A stretch of 62,457 nt of DNA, counting the filler, from Catajapyx aquilonaris (lineage: Eukaryota), in NCBI GenBank assembly GCA_000934665.2. It is 2 parts of 2 records of this genome, joined end to end, with 100 filler letters (N's around TTAATTAATTAA, not from the genome) between each part and the next. Parts side by side here need not be neighbours in the genome. Positions count along the whole stretch, not along the records: positions 31,274 to 62,457 come from JYFJ02004565.1; 1 more part is not named here. The stretch is one strand, 5' to 3'. The notes beneath the pieces are model-generated. The model worked only from the letters and a program-made list of their open reading frames with translations, did no database searches and was not told the origin of the DNA. Below, in pieces: positions 57,616 to 62,457 of the stretch. A program made the position numbers and the translations under genes. Position 1 is the first letter of the stretch; each line of letters opens with the position of its first letter.

Positions 57616-59904
57616 TGTCTCGGGAACACTGCCCAGGTACCTCGCAGACGGGTGTATAGATTTCACCATCTCGAGATTGACGGACTTGACCCCGGAAAGG
57701 CAAGAGCTAGGCATCGTGCCATTGGGCACGTCACAAATGGCTTTATATACAGTAGGTAAACTAGTTTTAAGTGAAATTATAACACACAATTTTCATTGAT
57801 GCTGAAATAGGATCTGGGGACGTCGACCGTCACAACACCAACTCGACCTCACGAGGCTACAACAGGCAAGAGGCCAGTACGTTCAATACAGTTCAGAGAC
57901 AAAACCATAATAGTGCAATACACAGCACCCACTCCGTGATTTCGCAGTTTCATCCAGATAATCCAAGTTTGTGAAACAAAGGGGCGAAATTCGTCGAGAA
58001 GCATGTCTCAAATAAAATATGAATTTGGTGAAAATGTTACAAAACACTGCTGTACACCAGATGTGATATACCAAAGGGTGTTCCAGAACGAATCCTTCAC
58101 AACTGCTTTTTTTCATCTTTTTTCAGCTGATATTGCCCACAATGGTTGTGCTGAAGTTTTATGAGCATCACGCCCAACAGATGTCACACAGGCCCACAGT
58201 ATAAAATCAGTATTCTCGACGACTCTTCAAAACGTACTACAATGAGGGACACCAGGACTAATACACTGATCAAAGAGTAGCTGCTGCGACTTAAAAGGTG
58301 ACGTAACACAAAATGCAGGGGTACAAGCAACCAATGACCAATGAAGCGCCCAACAGCCTGGGAGTAATCAATGAGTGGTATGCTACTGTAATATGTAACG
58401 CGACTCCTTTCCCTTCCCATATAAAGGTCAGATGGGTGACTTCATCATGAAACAGCATTCCTGCAAAATTTTACTATGCCAGTCTATGTCACAAAGCTAA
58501 TGTCCGCCGTGCCAGATGTGAAGAGCTACTTTCCTTATATATCCAAGTATCCAACCGACATGGACAATCAGACATACGCAGCACCCACTCCGTGATTTCG
58601 CAGTTTCATCCAGATAATCCGAGTTCAATTAGTCGAAAGGGACGAGGTTGGGTGTCATCAATCACATGTATCTAGTGACAACAACAACTTCACAATGACA
58701 GTAAATGACAACAGTAAATTCCGTTGGCAGAAAATATTGAAAATGTACGACATTCATTGAATAGTTCCCGAACACTACTTGTCTTATATGACACCTTGAG
58801 GTTTACATCATAAAAATTAATAGTTATTAGTTATTACTAATCGGAACAATAATTTATATTACTCCCCAGCCAACTTAGTATTGAATAATAATTTTTCCCC
58901 AATTTGTCACAGTCATTTTAGAGCTTCAAATTGCATTTCTTTCGATTTTTTAAATTTGCAATCACTTCTCAGTGATATTACGTATTTATGCAATATAACA
59001 AACTCATTACTTCAATAACTACTGTACAATAATACAGAGCGAGTCACGGGCTCCGGTAATGAACAACTCAACACAAGAATAATTTGGATGTAATAGAACG
59101 ACATATTTCGAGATTTATTTCATCTTTTTAATGATTTTATTTATTTATTTATTTTACCCCGGTGGGCACGATGGCCATTGGGGAGGCTTTTTTTATGATA
59201 ATGCGACAAGGTCCCAGAAGGGCTGTGCTGAAGTCTTGAGCATCACCCTCAACTGCTGCCATATACTTTAGGCCCATAGTAAAATCAGAATTTTCGAGGA
59301 CTCCTCAGAATGTAGGCTACTCCAATGACAGACGCCGATACTTTGGCACTGATCTAAACGTAGCACCAACTAATTAAAAGGTGACGCAAAGTCAACACAA
59401 AATGAAGTGGTGCAGCACCAGGTGCCAGGTTTTGGTACACCCTGTTAAGTCACAAGAATACGTATCAACTCAAACCCCACTTTTTTGTGGATTGCCAATG
59501 ACAAAAGAATGTAATTATGAACTTACATCATGACATAATCACTACAATTGTAATTACACCGTATAAACCTGCATACACTTCAGTGCAGTATGAGGATCTA
59601 CTTTTGACTTCATCAAATGTGGATCGGGACCTTGTGAAAACATAGTTTTGTTAGCATAGCTACCATGCGACAAGGGTCAAGCCATGGAAAATAATAAACA
59701 CACACCCCGCCTCGGCTGGTTTTGGGTAAGAATTGCCTAGTCATACCTTTGGTAATGTTTGTATAGGTCATTTATCTGTACACGTTCTTTCAATTGACAA
59801 CATACCTATAACAGAGATGCAGCTGACCCCACGTTTATTTATTTTGAACCGAACTTTGCCCGATCCATTGAAGACCCTGCAAGAAGAAGCCATTGGACAG
59901 AATA
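57616..59904 (+). pseudogene. Possible degraded ionotropic receptor (IR/iGluR-like) gene
   Basis: Exon-like 57616..57755 (ttcag| ... G|gtaaa) VSGTLPRYLADGCIDFTISRLTDLTPERQELGIVPLG resembles the S1 lobe (D.....LTPER). Downstream, in order: a hydrophobic M1-like stretch (~58060-58160), pore-like SIKSVFSTTLQNVLQ*GTP, and exon-like ~59767-59904 GHLSVHVLSIDNIPITEMQL. Stops and frameshifts present. Confidence 0.3.
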
Positions 59905-60248
59905 AGTAAGTCCAACGTAAGTACCTACGAAGTGCCAAGGGGACATTTCGTTACATTTAAAATATGTCCTTACGCCAAGAGCGATTTACAACCACCCACC
60001 CAGACGATAGAACTTCCCATTTGAAGTGCTATGTATTTAGTTACACAGAGCAAGCAGTTGAGGTCGAGTCTTCCGTCGGTGAGCACTTAACACGGCAAAG
60101 TCTTTGTTCAGGTGTTTCTTCATTATCAACGTTGCAATGGTTGAGAGATTTTGCAAATAAATATGCTAAAATTGTCAGTTACTCAACATGATATTTGAGT
60201 GGCTAGAGATTATTATCCGACATTACATCATATTCACGAGTCCAATAA

Positions 60249-60419
60249 AGGGAGGTATCCACTGCTCAATATCAAGGGGTTTCAACCCGTTCAACCCCTT
60301 GAATCAACCCCTTGAGCGGGCTTGAACCAAGTAGAGCACGGTCCTACTCGGTTCAACCCATTGAATTCAAGGGGTTGAACGGGTTGAAACCCCTTGATAT
60401 TGAGCAGAGGATACCGCCT
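60249..60419. mobile_element. Palindromic MITE (~170 bp), possibly Kolobok-type
   Basis: GGTATCC.CTGCTCAATATCAAGGGGTTTCAACCCGTTCAACCCCTTGAAT arm and its reverse complement at ~60365-60415; flanked by ATAA / TTAA. Confidence 0.75.
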
Positions 60420-60448
60420 TTAAGTTGCATACCAGTATGTACTTGCCA

Positions 60449-61365
60449 CCCTTACCAAAATTTAACATAGCCGCGAGCCTGCCGCTAGGTCGCCAGAAGC
60501 TGGCGAGCTCGCCTCAGGATAGCCGCCACGTCGCGGGACCTCGCGGCTGTCAAATATTCTCCTGACCTCGTCATGACGAGCTAGCCGCTACTTGGCGCCG
60601 AGCAAGTCATTCCGCGATCTCAAGTCTCTTTTTCTGACCTCGTCATGACGAGCTAGCCGCTACTTGGCGCCGAGCAAGTCATTCCGCGAGGTCAAGTCTC
60701 AATTTCTGACCTCGTCATGACGAGCTAGCCGCTACTTGGCGCCGAGCAATTTATTCGAATGTGGGGCAGCTTCCCGCGTGGAGATGGCGCTGCCGTCGGT
60801 GTATCGTTGCACCGATTTATCCCACAACAATGCGAATAAATTTTGGCCATTGCCCATGTGCAAAGGTGGCAGGATACTCCACTGCATGCGGCTCATTTAC
60901 CCCCGAGGTACTTCATTGTGACATTAATTTGCTAGAGTCGTTAAATGGCAATGCTGTTTGGTGCGAGCAAGACAATCCGCGGTATGAAAGAGCCATACAA
61001 GCCGGGCACCACTTCTACGAAAACCAAGCAACCAACCATGCGAAGAAGCGAATAATAAAAAGCGAAAAAGCCACTTCCCCATCCCCAGTATGACTTGCTC
61101 GGCGCCAAGAAGCGGCTAGCTCGTCATGACGAGGTCCCCTTACCGAAATTAATTTATATATAATATCAATATAGTGGCGAGGTGGTCGCGAGGTGGGTAC
61201 CTCGCGACTACCTCGCCACCGCCACCTTGCGACCACCTCGCCACCGCCACCTCGCCGCGACTTCGCCCGCGACATAGCGAAATGAAACAACCGCTAGTAT
61301 GCGGTTGGGTGGCCATAAGCTCGTCTGACGACCTCGCCGCGAGGTAGAGAAAATTTCGGTAAGGG
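60449..61365. mobile_element. Non-autonomous CMC/EnSpm-like element (917 bp) with internal 72-bp tandem repeats
   Basis: CA|CCCTTACCAAAATTT ... AAATTTCGGTAAGGG|CA (TIR plus 2-bp TSD). 72-bp unit starts at 60562, 60634 and 60706, inverted copy at ~61091-61136, extra internal TIR at 61137. Confidence 0.75.
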
Positions 61366-62457
61366 CAGATAACAACAAGTAATTAAGGCTACGGAGAACA
61401 TAAAACATAGGAGGACGAGAGTTTACAAGTTAAGGAAAGAAAAACGACATTTTCAAATCAGGTGGTCGCAACAAAACAGGGTCCAGACATCCAGAAGAGA
61501 GTGTAGGAAGTGCCGATGGTCTGAATGATGCTTAAGACAATGCATACCACATGGTACAATCAAATTACACAACATATTTCCAAAGATACGAGGTGGGTTG
61601 GCCATCAGCACTGAAACACAGCAGAGGGAGATGATTTGTATCACTGGATATCCGACCAGATAGTACTGTACGAGGCAACTCCTCAATCCCGCACATGATA
61701 TACCAAAACTTCACATGACCTCACGACACTTAAAGACACACCGCTGATTATCTTAGATCTCTGCCTCTAGGACGACCATGCATGATGTATTGAGGCGGAG
61801 GGTATAGTTCTTGTTAGACTTCTGTCTATCATGGACCTAGTGAAATTACATCTAGCCTGCATCTAGCGAACAGACTGCGAGAATGTGCCTGAATGACACC
61901 TGGTGACTCAGACGTGTTCATTTTTAACCAATATTTTCGTATCAGCCTGAAAGTTTTATAAGTCAATTAGGAGATTCCCCTCAGCAAAATATGAAGACAT
62001 GATGCTTCGGGAGAAACATTTTGTGGCAACCCTGCAAACGTTTGTGATGAATTAACTAGAGCCAATAGCTCAGAACAAGACAACCGCATACGACGACATA
62101 GATGTCTAAGTTCGCCGTCAGTTCTGCAGACTTCATAAATTAATGGCAAAACCTTCCCTATAGTCAGTAAATGCCTCATTTAATTTGATCAAGGCAATAT
62201 CATATCACCTAGAAGAAAGTGACATGTAGATCATGCGGATGACCATGAAGGAGCCAAGGTTGAAGGAGCCACTGACTGGTGGGAAAGGTAATATAATCCT
62301 GCATGAAATCACATTCACAAGGCGATTACTAATCTGCAATTTCGCAACCTTACAGGTGTCTTAAGGTGGAAATGAAGCTAGAGTCACTCAATGAGAATTT
62401 TATGAAAAAAACATATGTTACGCAGTTTTGTGTCCTCTTATCAATGGCGCAAAGAAA

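Noticed and set aside
57554..57799. Bacterial LysR substrate-binding-like peptide (horizontal transfer)
   Set aside because: The segment is bounded by splice signals and has no HTH or bacterial context; an IR S1 lobe with the same periplasmic-binding fold is the simpler reading.
57883..58420. Minus-strand hydrophobic ORFs as membrane-protein exons
   Set aside because: Short, no splice support, and on the opposite strand to the better-supported exon-like segments.
60562..60749. CRISPR-like array (palindromic repeat at regular spacing)
   Set aside because: The intervening sequences are near-identical rather than unique spacers, the period is a plain 72-bp tandem, it lies inside a TIR element in eukaryotic DNA, and no cas genes are present.

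Overview
Eukaryotic, arthropod-like genomic DNA made of two very different halves separated by a 100-bp artificial spacer (44 N + TTAATTAATTAA + 44 N, 31174-31273), so adjacency of the halves is unproven. The left half (1-31173) is compact and gene-rich. It holds the last two exons of a GIGYF/Gyf gene (+), a complete p23/PTGES3 co-chaperone gene (-), a complete NOSTRIN F-BAR/SH3 gene (+) with several candidate alternative first exons, a complete 4-exon SPC25 kinetochore gene (-), a probable non-coding first exon of a further gene, and a few MITEs/hairpins in introns. The right half (31274-62457) has no recognisable intact host gene and is a nested mosaic of decayed mobile elements: Helitron pieces, a full-length THAP-DDE ISL2EU-type element with TIRs and TSD, a PIF/Harbinger element that seems to carry two paralogous transposases, a Gypsy LTR/PBS/gag stub, CACTA/EnSpm remnants interrupted by a complete Sola-type element, a P-element-like fragment, tRNA-SINEs and several MITEs. 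The most interesting leads are a ~270-bp non-coding retroelement (2 near-full copies, 1 truncated) whose head fits an HDV-like/Pr77-type ribozyme fold, the dual-transposase Harbinger layout, an interrupted linker-histone-like (H15) ORF, a 259-aa orphan ORF, a possible decayed RNA-virus L-gene fragment and a possible ionotropic-receptor pseudogene. All family assignments were made by eye from recalled motifs; no searches were run.
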